NCBI GenBank assembly: GCA_024679065.1
Contig: JAGIQG010000040.1
Location: 5,332,001-5,396,000, forward strand
Source of the DNA: Sphyrna mokarran
Lineage: Eukaryota
Direction of reading: 5' to 3'
Length of the DNA stretch: 64,000 nt
The translations under genes were made by a program, and so were the position numbers. The notes beneath the pieces are model-generated. The model saw only the letters and a program-made list of their open reading frames with translations, made no database searches and was not told where the DNA came from. How positions within the stretch are numbered: position 1 is the first letter of the stretch; each line of letters begins with the position of its first letter. Below are positions 27,600 to 41,380 of this stretch, piece after piece.

Positions 27600-27709
27600 T
27601 CAAAATAGCCACACCCTGGCCGTCATCATGACATTGAAGGCAATGCTCTTAAAAAACAAAATCCTTAGCCCCATCACCGTCAAAGACAAGAAGTTCGCCC
27701 TCATTTGAT
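27600..27709 (-). CDS. TRDC: TCR delta constant region, transmembrane/cytoplasmic exon
   Basis: DQMRANFLSLTVMGLRILFFKSIAFNVMMTARVWLF*; intramembrane Arg and Lys typical of TCR alpha/delta; AG acceptor and GTAAG donor just after the stop. Confidence 0.93.
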
Positions 27710-28119
27710 CTGCCAAAATAAGAGAAAAAATGATAGATCCGGTTGAATGCATATATCATTTGGAATTGAAAAACAACTGTACACCACTAATGTGATTTTT
27801 TTTTCATTATCTAACTGCTTGACTTTCGTCCGTCTGTCCACCCCTGTCCGTTCGTCCGTCTGCCAGCCCGCCTACCTGCCCGTCTATCTATCTTCACCTC
27901 TCCTTCACTCTGAACTTCTCCCTCTTTCCTCCCCCCTGCCCCCTCTCTTTCCCTGGATTTATATATCTCTCTCCCTCACTCTGTGTGACAATCTATCTTT
28001 CTTCCCATCTCACTATATGTTTGTCATTTGATCTCCGGGTCTGTATCCGTGCATATTTGTCCACTTATTAATCTATTTGCAAGTATTTTACTCTGTTAAA
28101 GGTTGAATAAAGCACATAC

Positions 28120-28182
28120 CATTTCCTGTGTCACTCAACTCTGTCGAGGAATCATTTCGACTTGTTGGGCATTGAGGTTTAT
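28120..28182 (-). CDS. TRDC: TCR delta constant region, connecting-peptide exon
   Basis: 63-nt phase 1-1 exon DKPQCPTSRNDSSTELSDTGN with the interchain Cys; polypyrimidine-CAG acceptor and GTATGT donor. Confidence 0.88.
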
Positions 28183-30856
28183 CTGGAAGAGCAAAAAAGA
28201 CATTTGTCTTATTCAGTGAGCAAGTGACATTACTGCAACCATGTTTGTTCTCAATATCAGTTCGAATAATGTTATTATCATAATTAATAGCCACGAAGAA
28301 AGTAAAAATCAAACAGCACGATTGGACTTGTTCACTTCATTATTCACAACGGAGAAACATTGGTAGCTCTGCCACTTAGTTCGGCCCAAATTTGAGTTCA
28401 AAGAGTGCAGGGTCGACTTGCCAACAGGGATTAAACCCCAGAATCCAGACCATATATCGGTGCAGTATTTCACTGCTTTCCGAAGAAGTCGTGAAACCAA
28501 GGCCTGGTTTCAACTCTGCAATGAATTAATAATGTCTGGGCATTCCTCCAGAGGAGCGGGATTCTCTAGTATCCTGGCTAGTATTTAATACTTTCCCACA
28601 TTCGGTGATGAATCAGCAGCTGCCTTGAATTGTAATAGTCAGCTATTACTATTTTTATTAATTTACGAATGTGGACATCGCTGGCAGATCAGCATTTATT
28701 GCCAATCCCTAATTGCCACCTTCAGAAGGTGGTTGTGAGTCTCCTGCTTGAATCTCTGCAGTTTGTAAGGTGTACGTGGGCATACAGTGCTGTTAGGGAA
28801 GTAGTTCCACCATTTTGAACCAGCCACAGTGAAGGAACTGCCGAAACATTTCCAACTCAGGATGCTGAGCGACTTGGAGGGGAACATCCAGATAATGGTG
28901 TTCCCAGGCATCTGCTGCCCTTGTCCTCCGAGATGATAACGGCCATGAGTTTGGACGATTCAGCCAAAGGAGACTTGGAGAGTTACTGCTGTGTATCTTG
29001 TGGATGGTGCACACTGCTGCCATTGTGCTTGGGTGGTGGAAGAAGTGGATGCTTGTGAATGGAATACTTAATGCTAGAGCGGCACAGTGGCACCGTGGTT
29101 ATACTGTTGCACCCCCTAACCCCCACCCTTTCCATTCCCCCCCACCTCCTCCCCCCACCCACAGCGTCAGGGACCTGGGTTCGTTTCCCGGCTTGGTTCA
29201 GTGTTTGAACAGATTCTGCACGTTTCCCCTGTTTCGGCGTGGGTTTGATCCGGGTTCTCTGGTTTCCTCCCACAGGAATGACGTGCTGGTTAGGTGCATT
29301 GGCCATGCTAAATTCTCCCTCAGTATACCCGAACAGGCACAGAGTGTGGCGACTAGTAAATTTTCACTGTAACTTCATTGCAAGCTTAATGTAATTCTAC
29401 TTGTGACACTAATAAGTAAACTTATAATCAAGCGGGGCTGCTTTGCCCTGGGTCGTGTCAAATTTCTGAGTGTTGTTGAAGCTGCATTAAACCAGGCAGA
29501 AGGGTAATACACTATCACAGCCGTGATGTGGATGATGCAGAGGATTTGGGGGATTAAGAGATACGTTATTCGCCACAGGGTTCTCGATTTCCGACATGCT
29601 CTTGCAACCTCCGCACTTATATGGAGAGTCCAGTTCAATTTCTGAGCAACGTTAACCCTCAGGATGTTGGTAGTGGGAGTTGACCTGAAAGAAGTCCAAC
29701 AAGATTATGAGAAGCATGGACAGAGTGTTAGCCAGAAGCTTTTTTCCAGGATGGAAGAGTCAGTTACCAGGAGGCATATGTTTAAGGTGCGAGGGGCAAG
29801 ATTGAATGGAGATGTACAAGGCATATTTTTTACTTAGAAGGTGGTGGGCGTCTGGAACTTGTTGCCGGGGGAGGTAATAGAAGCAGATACGATAGTGAGT
29901 TTAAAAAGGCATCTGGACAAATATATGAATAAGATAGGAATAGAGGGATATGGTCCCCGAAAGGTAAGGGATTTTAGTTAAGTTGGGCAGTATAGTCGGT
30001 GCAGGCTTGGAGGGCCGAAGGGCCTGTTCCTGTACTGTAATTTTCTTTGTTCTTTTTTTCAGTCATGGTAATGCTGTTAAATGCCAAGAGCCGATTGTTA
30101 GCTTCTTTCCTGTTGGAGTTGGTCATTGCCCGAAATGTGTGGTGCAAATGTTACTAGCAGATTTTCAGTCAAAGCCTAGATATTGTCCAGCTATTGCTGC
30201 ATTTGTAATGTACTACTTCAAGGTTTGAGATGTCATGAATGGTACTGAACGTTGTCAGGGAGCATCCCAACTTCTGATCTTACAATGGATTGAAGATGAT
30301 TGATGAAGTAACTAAAGCTGATTGAGCCTCAGACATTGAGGAACTCCTGCAGTGAAGTCATCCAGACTAGAGTAATTGACCTTCAACTATTGGTCAGTTA
30401 ATCTTTCAACAATATTACATTTTGATTGAAGATGACACCGAGAATCCTTCGGCCGTTAAGAGGATGGAAAACATTTAGTGGGCGTTCTTCCTTCAATAAA
30501 ACACTCTCAGATGAGGGAGTGGCGCAGTGGCACTGTCACTGGCCTAGTAATCCAACGACCCAGAATTCTGATCTGGGGATGCGTGTTCGAAATCCGTCAT
30601 GACAGATGTGAAATTTTAATATTAAAATAAAACGGAATTAAAAGTCTAATAATGACCAATGAAATCATTGTCGATTATCTTAAGACTAGTCTGGTTCATT
30701 AATATCCTTTAGAGAAGGAAATCTGCCGTTCTTACATTGTCTGACTAGCAAGTGATACTTAAATACCCTCTGCTGATGGGCAATTTAGGATGGGCAATAA
30801 ATGCTGGCCATGCCAACAACATCCACAACACATGAATGAAAATAAAATAAACTTAC

Positions 30857-31168
30857 CAATTTCAGCTGTGGGCGGGATGTTTGCTAAGTAATTCTGATTA
30901 TTGTGGAATGCCTTGCACGTGATATTTGGCGATTTCTTGGGTTGGGAGAAAGAGAGGAAACCCGAGCTCCAGTAATTCCCGCTCTCCAATAGGACACTGG
31001 ATCTTGTCACATTGACCTCCTGGCCGGATCCCGTGTACAGGGAGAGCTTTATTGCCTTGGGGGAGAAGTCCGAGGCCAAGCATACTGCAGCTGTGTTGGT
31101 GCCGGGGTCTTCCGGTGGCACTGGCGGATAAAAGATGCTCAATTTTGGTTGTTTCGGGTCTCTCGCCT
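30857..31168 (-). CDS. TRDC: TCR delta constant region, Ig C-domain exon
   Basis: ARDPKQPKLSIFYP...AAVCLASDFSPK...NVTRSSVLLESGNYWSSGFL...NITCKAFHN; both Cys present; 312-nt phase 1-1 exon in frame with the J donors; an upstream D supports delta rather than alpha. Confidence 0.92.
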
Positions 31169-31345
31169 CTGAAAATTTAACAAATAAAGAATCAGAATTC
31201 AACAAGGCCACCTCCTCCAACCTGCTGTGACATTCGATCAGACCGCATTTCTTTCTGTGCCTTAATAATATGTAAGTTTCTCCATTAATTTACCGAGTGC
31301 TGAGACTGGATAAGTTTGACCTTTTTCCTTCTCACCCTCTCTCCG

Positions 31346-31360
31346 ACGCGCGCGCGCGCG

Positions 31361-31408
<48 letters not shown>
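31346..31408. repeat. (CG)n(CA)n microsatellite
   Basis: Direct inspection. Confidence 0.95.
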
Positions 31409-31409
<1 letters not shown>

Positions 31410-31412
<3 letters not shown>

Positions 31413-32803
31413 TGAGATCCTAAATGAATATTTCTCATCAGCATTTACTGTTAAGAAAAACATGGATATTAGGGAACTGGGAAATAAATAGTGATGTCTT
31501 GAGGATTGTACATACTGCAGAGAAGGAGATGTGGAAGTCATAAAGCGCACTGAGGTACTTAAATCCCCTGGACCTTATGAAATATATCCCAGGATATTGT
31601 GGGATGCTAGGGAGGAATTTGCGGGTCCCTGAGCAGAGATATTTGAATCATCTTTAGTCACAGGTGAGGTGCTGAAGATTGAAGGGCGGCAAACATTGTG
31701 TCTTTATTTAAAAAGGGCTGCAGGAAAAAGCATGGGAACTACAAGCCGTTGAGCCTGACATCTGTGGTGGTTAAGTTTTGGAACATATTTTGAGAGACAG
31801 GATCTACAGGCATTTAGTCAACATGGCTTTATGAGTGGAAAACCATCTCTCACAAATTTGATTATTTTAAAGGGATAACTAAGAAGGTTGATGAAGGCAG
31901 TGCTGTTGTTGTCTATATGGATTTTTGACAAGGTACACATGGTAGGCTATTGCATAAAGTTAAATCTTACGGGATCCAAGGGGAGGAAATTAAATGGATA
32001 CAAAATTGATTTGATAACAGAAGCCAGGGAGTTGTTGTACAGAGTTGTTTTTCACACTGGCGGCCTGTGACCAGCGTTGTGCCCCAGGGATCAGTGGGTA
32101 CACTTATTTGTCATCTATATTAATGATTTGGATGAGAATATGGAAGGCATGGTTAGTAAGTTTGCTGATTACACCAAGATTTGTGCAGAGTGGGATCCTG
32201 ATAACCGGGCCAGTGGGCTGTCGACTGGCAGATGGAGTTTAATTTAAGTAAATGAGAGCGGAGGCATTTTGGTAAATTGAACGAGGGCAGGTCTTAGTTG
32301 ATGTAAGGCTTTGGGAAGAGTTACAGAACAAAGAGATCTGGGGGTGGGGGGCATCGGTTCATAGCTCCTCTGCCCACAGGTGGACAGAATGGTGATGACA
32401 GCATTCAGCATGCTTGGTTTCATCGGTCAGAACATTGTATACCGGAGTTGGGATGCCTTGTTAAAGTTGTATAAGACATCGGTAAAGCCAACTTTGAATA
32501 CTGTGTACAGCCCTGGTTACTCTAATATTGAAAGGATATTATTAAACTAGAAAGTGTGCAGAAAAGATTTTCTATGATGCTGCCGTGACTTAATGGTTTC
32601 AGCCATAAGGAGAGGTTGGATGTACTGGGACTCTTTTCTCTGGAGCATCGAAGGCTGAGTGGTGTCCTCATAGATGTCTATAAAATAATGAGGGGTACAG
32701 ATCTGCTAGATAGTCAATATCGTTTCCTAAAGTTAGGAGATTCTGCCAATGCCACATATCTGTCTAATAAAATAAGAATATGAGTGTACTCGTGTGTGTA
32801 TGT

Positions 32804-32846
<43 letters not shown>

Positions 32847-33375
32847 AGTGCGCGCGTATGTGCGCACCATGATCTGTTTGAATGTTGGATAATTATTTGT
32901 GGGCCAAATGGTCTACTCTTGCTCTTATGTGCCTTTGAGAATGAAGTACATTTGCATGCCGTAGACACTCACAAAGACAAGCATACACATATAGGCACAC
33001 AGACGTACACACGCACACAAACACACACACAGATCTAGAGACATACAGACGCAAACAGACTTGAGATACTGAGAGTGATTAAAGGGCATAGGTTTAAGGT
33101 GAGAGAGAGGGAAATACAAAAGTGCCCACAGGGGCATTTTTTTCACAGAGTTTGATGAATGACTGGAACAAGCTACCAGTGGTACTAGTAGAGATGGGTA
33201 TAATTTTGTCTTTTAAAAAGCATTTAGATAGCTACATGGGTAAGATGGGAATAGAGAGATACGGGCCAAATGCGGGCAATTGGGACAGGCTTAGGGCTTT
33301 ATAAAAAGGGTAGCATGAACAAGTTGGGGCAAAGTCAGTTTCCATTTTGTAAACCTTTGATTCTATGACTCTATG
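31410..33375 (+). mobile_element. CR1-clade LINE, degenerate RT and 3' end, interrupted at ~32745-33065
   Basis: EILNEYFSSAFT and SKFAD motifs, CR1-like 3' tail. Confidence 0.8.
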
Positions 33376-35464
33376 ATGCACACACATGCATTTCAAAGCA
33401 GTCATGCCCAAATACATACACAAAGACATACATTGAGACGCAAACACACACACCAGAACCACACACAAACACAGACAGACTAGATTTAGGGCCCGAATAA
33501 AATATTTCCAATTTTGCTGATGACGCACACCTAATGGTGAGGAGGATACATGGATGACTTGAAGGGGATTGGGACAGGCTGAATCAATGGGCAATGATAT
33601 GGCAGATGGAATAAAAACTGAATACGTGTTAAGTTGTCCAATCTGCCAGGAAAAAACATTAGAAAGGCAGAATAGTTCCTAAGCGGTAAGAGATTGAACA
33701 GAATTGTTGCCAGAGAATGTCCTTGTTCATGGGTCACTAAAAACGTGCATGTAGGCATAGCAAGACACGTGGAAGACAAATGCCACACATTTGTCTAATA
33801 TAATAGGAATATGAATGTACACGTGTTTGTGTGTGTGTGTGTGTGTGTGTGTTGTGTGTATGTGTGTGTGCGCGCACCATGACCTGTTTGAATGTTGGAG
33901 CACTATTTGTGGGCCAAATGGCCTACTCCTCCTCTTATGTTTCTTTAAGAATGAAGTGCATTTACATGCCGTAGACACTCACGAAGACAAGCATAGACAT
34001 ACAGGCATACAGGCATACACACACACACAAACACGCACACATAGATCTAGAGACACCCAAAGACAGACAGACTGAGGTAATGAGAGACAGACATGCCCAG
34101 AGGTTAATACAGAGACTGAAACACACGCAGAAACTTGATGTAGGGACCAAATGAAATAGTTCAAACCTTGCTGATGACAAAGAAAAAATGAACAGGAGGA
34201 TGCAATGGAGATTTCAAGGGAATTTGGACAAGCTGAGTGAATGTGCAATGACATAGCAGATGGGATAAGAAGTGACTAAGTATGAAGTTATCCACTATAG
34301 TTGGAAAAAAACAAAGAAATATAGAGTATTTTCTATGTAATGCGAACTTGAAAAGAGTTGACTTCCACGTAACTAAAATCTATCATGCAGGTGCAGCAAA
34401 CAATGAAGAAGACAAATGCTATGTTTGTGTATAACAAAATATTAATATGCGCATGTGCATGTGGGTGAGTGTGCCATGCTTGAATATTCGATCAGTATCG
34501 ATGGGCTATATTGCCATACCTGCTCCTATCCTGCCTCGAGATTTGAATATATATACATGCCGCAGATAATCACACAGACACAGAATATACAGGCATGCAG
34601 CCGTACAAACACACTCACAAACAAACTCACTCACTCACTCACAAACACTCACACATAAACACACAGCACACAAACACATATATCCCTACACAGGATGATA
34701 TGCAGTTGAGTTGCATTTATTAAGGCAATGTGATAGAATGTGATAGAATGCTGAATATGTTAGTTTGTAAATGACATAAAAACGGCAGCGTAGCTGGAAG
34801 CATCAATTTGCAAAGAAGTATTGATATTTTGTGAATGGATAAAACTAGTGGATGTTTTCAGCGCACGGAAATGTAAGTTAACGCACCTTAGAACTAAAAA
34901 TCAATGAACCGTGTGGCTTATAAATGATCATACTCTAAGAGTAAGGATTAATCAATGATTGTCTTTGTGCGCAAACAGTGAGAGACCGAAAAATACATTC
35001 GGAGTTAATATTCATGTTTCAATGTGAAGATCTGAGATCAATGATTGAATTAAAGAAGAATCCGCAATCGGAACCGGCAACATTTATAGTCTGTTTTTCA
35101 TAAAATTATAAATCAGCATTTGAAAATTCCTTAAACAGAGCAGGAGGAGAAGAATTTTTACTCTGTAAGCTGCATGTATGTTGAGAATATCCGTTTAACA
35201 GTGTAGATGGTGTTTAACGCTAAAACGCTGGAATTTAGTTAAGGAGTGACTTAATCTTTCTCAAACGGAGAGGGTTGATAAACAGGAACATTTGCTACTT
35301 GTTGGCGAGTCCGTGATTTCAGCAAATTGGATTTTAAACGATGTTTAATGTTTAAGACTTTCAGGGGCGAAATCAGGAAACATTTTGCCACTTAATATTT
35401 CACTTTCCTCCATTAAGACATTTCCTAAATCCAACCCTTTTTTGACGAAAGATAATACTGTGAG

Positions 35465-35920
35465 AACATAAGAAATAGAAGCAGGAGTAGGCCATCTATC
35501 CCTTCAAGCCTACCCCGCCATTCAATAAGATCATGGCTGATATGAAGTGGATCAATTCCACTTTCCTGCCTGCTCCCATAACTCTTAATTCCCTCAACTA
35601 TCAAAAATCTATCTAAGCGTGACTTAAACATATTCAACGAGGTAGCCTCCACCACTTCAATGGGCAGGGAATTCCAGAGATTCACCACCGTCTGAAAGAA
35701 GTTCCTCCTCAACTCTTGTTCTAAACTGTCCACCACCACCCGCCACCATCTTATTTTGAGACTGTGCCCTCCAGTTCTGGTTTCCTTTCTACATTGAAAG
35801 AATCTCTCTACCTCTACCTTATCTAACCCCTTCATTATCTCGTAAGTCTCTATAAGATACCCCCTCAGCCTTCTAAACTCTAAAGAGTACAGGCCCAGTC
35901 TAATTAATCTCTCCTCCATT
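35465..35920 (-). mobile_element. CR1-clade LINE 3' fragment
   Basis: EERLIRLGLYSLEFRRLRG...VVNLWNSLP motif (ORF 35425-36042). Confidence 0.85.
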
Positions 35921-38286
35921 GCGTGCAATTTTGGTCTCCTTATCGAATAAAGAATATACTTGCAATATAAAGAATGCAAATAAAGTACACTTGACTGATT
36001 CTTGGAATGGCAGGACTGTGATTTTAGGAGAATCGGCTGCATCTGTATTCACTTGGAGTATAGAACATGAGAGGCGATGTCATTGAAATACATAGAATTC
36101 TAGCAGGGATTAGCAGGCGGGATGCAAGGATGCTGTTTCCTTTGTCAGGGTGGGGTCTAGAAAAAGGGATCAAAGTTTCAGTGTACAGGGTTGGACATTT
36201 AAGTCTGAGATGAGGAAAAAAATCTTCACTCAGAGGCTGGTAAAACTGTAATTCTCTGCCACAGAAGTTTGTGGATACGAAATCAATGAATAAATTTTAA
36301 GAGAAAACATATTAGCACATTCTAAAGGCGTCAAAAATCATGAGGAGAGGGCTAGTATGGTGTTGAGTTACAGGATCAGCCATTATCGTGTCAAATAGCA
36401 GAGCAAGGTCTAAGTATCTAATGGCCTATTAGTGCTCCTATTTTCTATCTTTCTCTATATTACATATATCCATGAAGGAAAGTGCTAGGTGACAGTACTG
36501 AATATTAACTCTTTCATAAAACTCAGAACACGAAATTAATCACAGTGATAACTGACGCTATAACAAACTTTTGATTGAAACTGTCACTAAACATTCTTCA
36601 TGTAACATTATTGTAATGTTATGTAACAGTGCCATTGGGTTAGCAGAACAGACAGGCAAATTCCCCAGAAGAAATGCGTTCAAATCCCACCCTAGCACTT
36701 GGAGTAATTTCAAACAAATTGATCGAAGTGTAGCCTCAAGTAAGAACTATGGCAACTATTGACGAATGCCCTAAAAAGACATTGCTATTTAATGATTGGC
36801 ATCATATCTTTGCAGCAAAGAAGTTTGAATAAGATCTCGGACAAAAGGCTAATTCAGAGCTCATGGTTTTTGGAGTTAAATATTCGCATGGATAGAGGAT
36901 TAGCTAATCGATAGGATACAAAGAGTTGGAATAAGAGGAAAATTTTCAGGATGACAATCTGTTAGAAGTGAAAGCCTCAGTGGTCAATCCTCGAGCCACA
37001 ATAATTTACAATATGCACAATAACTTGGATGAAAGAAGTGAATTTACTATTGCCAAGTTTCCGAACGAAAATAGGTCTTCTACCATGGATTGTAAATGCC
37101 CATTTAGATCAACAATATCCTTTGGGGTAGGAAATATGCCATCAGTGGTTTAGATCCAAGAAACAATGTTGTGGAATCTGAAATTGCCCAGTGGGCAATT
37201 AGAAATGTCCACATCCAAGAAAGAAAAATAAAACTACGCTTTTTTAGTCTAATATGACATCACTAAGGACTGGAGCTACAAAAACTGGACACTACAATTT
37301 TAGGAGGAGCTGAGCTGGATATTCAGCAGCGCAAATTCATTATATTGGTGGAATGTCCTTAATTGCCTTCCCACATGATTCATTATATTGGTGGAATGTC
37401 CTTAATTGCCTTCCCACATGATGCTGGCTCCCTGTCCATCACATAGCAGGTAAGCTTATCATTACTGGTCACATATTTCACTGCTGAGGGTGGGTGTCTT
37501 ACTGTAGTGATTAGTAAATGTGTAGGAACAATTTCCAAGACAAAAGCTTGGCATTGCAGTAGCTGAATCGTATTTACTTCGCAGAGGATGGAAGAAAGAC
37601 ATTTAATTTGCATTATTTCGGGAGCGCTGTATAAAAATTTCACACCAAGTCAAGCCAAGAATGCACGCATGTTTTTCCTATGAGGTTAAATATCACTGAC
37701 TTGCAAAGGTTACAGGGCGATATGGGTGAGCTGGTCAGAGAGGTTAACCAGTGCCAAACGGAATTTAAACCTGAAAAGTGTGAGCTGATGCATTTTGCGA
37801 GGGGTAATAAGGCAAGGGAATGCACAATGAACTGTAGGACGTGAGAAAATGCAGGGGACCAGAAGGATCTTTGCATGCAAGTCCAAGATTATTTATGTCA
37901 TAGCATATAAGGCTACAGCCAAGTGCTGAAAAATGCGATTGGAATAGATAGGGGTTTAATGTCTAGAGCAGGCACAGTGGGCCGCAGGGCTTCTTCCTAT
38001 TCTGTAAAACTCAATGACGATGATTTAACTGTTCCCGAAGCAAGAGCGATGGGCCTAATGGTCTCCACCATCGTTGGAGGAGCCTAATAATTTGCTGTTT
38101 GTAAATTCTAAGATAGAGCTGTCAGAGATGTTTTAATTTTTCACTCCTGTCCTGCTCGTTCCCTGCCCCTCCCATCAATTCAACAACAGCTATTACAGGA
38201 CAAAGATTCATTACAAGTGTATTAGAATTTGAAATTACTTTCTTAAACTATAACCAGAACAAAATGCAGAGAATCGTTTCACTTAC

Positions 38287-38346
38287 TAGGTTCTACAGTG
38301 AGTTTGGTTCCACTGCCAAAGGTAAGCTTTCTAGTTGCATAGTTTG
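38287..38346 (-). CDS. TRDJ: J segment (C-proximal) NYATRKLTFGSGTKLTVEP; 12-RSS at 38347-38374
   Basis: FGxG motif, GTAAGT donor, CACAGTG-12-ACAAAATCG. Confidence 0.93.
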
Positions 38347-39068
38347 CACAGTGATACCAGATGGTACAAAATCGACATAACCCACATGAATATCAATGTA
38401 AGGATTGTTTTTCATGCTAAGGTTTTGAGATTCGATTTGCTTCCACAACCGTTTCATTATTACCTCCAGAAACAAATACAGAACAGTATCCGAGGAAGGA
38501 TGTTCTTGCTGAAGAGGGAGTGCAGCGACAAATTCTGGAATGGCAGGAATGATATATGGGGGAGATTGAGTCGGTTAGGATTTTATTATCTGGCATTCAG
38601 AAGAAGGGAAGCAGGAGGAGAAGGTCTCATTAAAATCCACAATGCAGGCTTAGACAGGGTAGATGCAGGATGGCGACAGGGTCCAGAACCGGGATTCATA
38701 GTCAAACGATATGGGATTGATATGAGGAGAATTTCTTTTTCACCAAGAGAATAAAAGACCTATGTAATTCACAATTACAAAGGGTTAAACAGACCAATGA
38801 TGCTTATTCGTCTCCTCTTTCTTTTTGGTCAATTGTCTGAATGGAATCTTCCCATCCCGTTAACAGGGCACAGATCTGCTTTCTAGTTCAATCCCAACTC
38901 CTATCCCATGTAGCTCAAAATTGACTCAAAACCGTGCAATCTCTTCGCCTGCATGCGACATATTGTATTGGCACTCTGCTTAACTAGGCTAGACTGCTTA
39001 CAACAGAACACAAGATCACAGAGGAGACGTGGAGTGAAAGAATAAAAACACACTGACTTCATACTCAC

Positions 39069-39118
39069 TCGGTATAACTGTCACCTGGGTGCCGCTGCCA
39101 AACGGTAGCTTAGCATTA
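39069..39118 (-). CDS. TRDJ: J segment NAKLPFGSGTQVTVIP; 12-RSS at 39119-39146
   Basis: FGxG motif, GTGAGT donor, CACAGTA-12-ACAGAAACC. Confidence 0.92.
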
Positions 39119-40079
39119 CACAGTAACAATTGCTCATACAGAAACCTTCTACTGAGATAGCTGTTTCAGATTTCAAACAAATATGAGCAGTCATTGATTC
39201 GCTGCAGGTAACAGATATTGCATATCTACCCCCTCCCCACCATCACAGGCTAAATGGGCCGAATAGCCTCCTTGGGTGCTCTAAGATTCTATCAAAGTGA
39301 AGAATTTCTGAGCCAAGGTAGACACTAGTCAAGTATAGCCATTCACATCCTGCCCCTGCAACAAATATATTTTGCCTCTGAATCTTTGTTAGGTAACATA
39401 GAAACAAGGAAAGGCTATTCAGCACTTTGCGCCTACGCTGCCAATCTCTGAAATGGCTTAACAGAAATTTGCAACATGGCCTTGCCAGTGACGCCTCAAC
39501 AATGGCAGAAAAGAAATAAAATTCAATGGATAGTGTTTGATTTGTTAGCTAAGCTTTCTCTCCTTACATACGCTACTTCATCTTTTGTGGTTTCCCCCAG
39601 CATTATCTGTTCTTATTGTCATAATCCTGTTAGATTTCGAAGAGGTAAACGGACATGTTGGGTCTGAAAGATGCGTTTACGTTTAGTTGAATCAACAGTT
39701 ACTCGGGCTCATTCTCCAAAAGGAGGGGTGGGTGGTATTCATTTGTGGGACATGGGCACTGCTGGATGGCTAGAATTATTATTCATTTCCGATTGCCTTT
39801 GAGAGTCAACCAAATTGCATATATACACCAGATCAGATAAGAGTGGCAGCTTTCTTTCTCTAAAGGACATTACTCAATCAGATGGGTTTTTCCAACACTG
39901 GTTTTCATCACCAACAGGAGATTCTTAATACCAGATTATTTAATTCAAATTCCACCATCTGGCATGGCGGGATTTGAACGCAGGGTCCCCAGAACACTCG
40001 TTGATTTCTTGGATTAATAATTTAGCGATAATACCATAAAGCCATCTCCTCCCTCAGTTTCAGCACCTCATAATGCTGC

Positions 40080-41380
40080 AAGGTCACCCAAAGAAGCTAA
40101 GATACGAGGTAGTTGGGAACCTATATAAGGAGTCAGGGAAGGAGAAAACAAGGATGAAAACAAGAGATAAAAATGGAAATAAGAAAAATGATAGGCAGCG
40201 AAACCAAGGACAAAATTCAAAAAGGCCTGTAGAGGAAAATACTACAATGAATGTTACAAAGACAAGCTTGAAGGCACTGTGCCTTAATGCGCACAGCATT
40301 TGCAATAAAGTGGATGAACTGATCTTACAGATAGATGTAAATGGGCATGCTATAATTGGAATTACAGACTGCAGGGTTTTCAAGGATGGGAACTGAATGT
40401 TCTAGAGTATTTAGCTTGGGCAGGCATAAAGGAAAAGGTGGTGGAGTGGCACTGCTGGTTAAAGAGGAAATAAACAAACTGGTGAGAAACGATATTAGCT
40501 CTGATAATGTGGAGTCTATATGGATAGAGTTGAGAGATACCAAGGGGCAGAAAACATATGGGTGTCATATACAGACCGCAAAACTACATTGGTAATGTTG
40601 GAAATGGCATTAAACACGAAATTGGAGGTACATGTGATGAGGGAATATTGTGATCAAGAGTGATTTTAATCTGTACATTGATCAAACTAAATTAGCCCCA
40701 ATGTTGTAGAGGTGGATTTCCTGGACCGGATATGAGATGGTTTCTCTGACCAATATGTTAAGGAACCAACTGGGGCCACCTTAGACTGGGTACTGTGTAG
40801 TGAGAAGGTAGTAATTGTCAGTCCAGCTGTGAGAGGCTCCTTAGGGATGAGTGAACATAACATGAGAGTTTGTTTTTATTAGGGTGGAGAGTGAAGTAGT
40901 TGACCCGGAGACTACTGTGCCAAATCTTAATAAAGGAGACTATGAAGATATGAGACGTGATTTCGCCTTCATAGATTGGGGAGAATTACTTAGAGGGATA
41001 ATAATGGATTTCATGGAGACTTATAAAATTTGAACAGGACAAAACATAGGAGATGAAGAGAGAGTGTTCCCGATGGTGGGGGAGTCCAGAACCAGGGATT
41101 TGAGGGTTTAGGGTAGGACGGAGGTGAAGAGACATTTCTTCACCCAAAGAGTGGTGAGTTCGTGAAATTCATTACCACAGGAAGTAGCTGTTGCTAAAAG
41201 ATTGAATGTATTCAAGAAGTGGCTAGATATAGCACTTGGGCGAATGGGATCAAAAGTTATGGGGAGAAAGCAGCATTAGGCTATTGAGTGGATGATCAAC
41301 CATGATCATAATAAATAGCAGGTTATGCTTGAAAGGCCAAACGCTTTTTCCTGCTCCCATCTTCAATATTCCTATGTTTC
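40080..41380 (+). mobile_element. CR1-clade LINE fragments including endonuclease region
   Basis: LCLNAHSICNKVDEL...IIGITD, GKGGGVALLVKE, VESIWIELR motifs. Confidence 0.8.

Noticed and set aside
30857-31168. TCR alpha constant region, suggested by the many long Js
   Set aside because: An upstream 12/23 D, a complete two-Cys C domain and a TARVWLF-type tail fit delta.
34880-35400. Candidate delta enhancer in non-repetitive J-C intron sequence
   Set aside because: The position is plausible but I found no convincing RUNX/MYB cluster; chromatin data are needed.
36541-36570. CACAGTG followed by an A-rich tract in the J-C intron
   Set aside because: Spacing does not fit 12 or 23, and there is no adjacent FGxG or donor.
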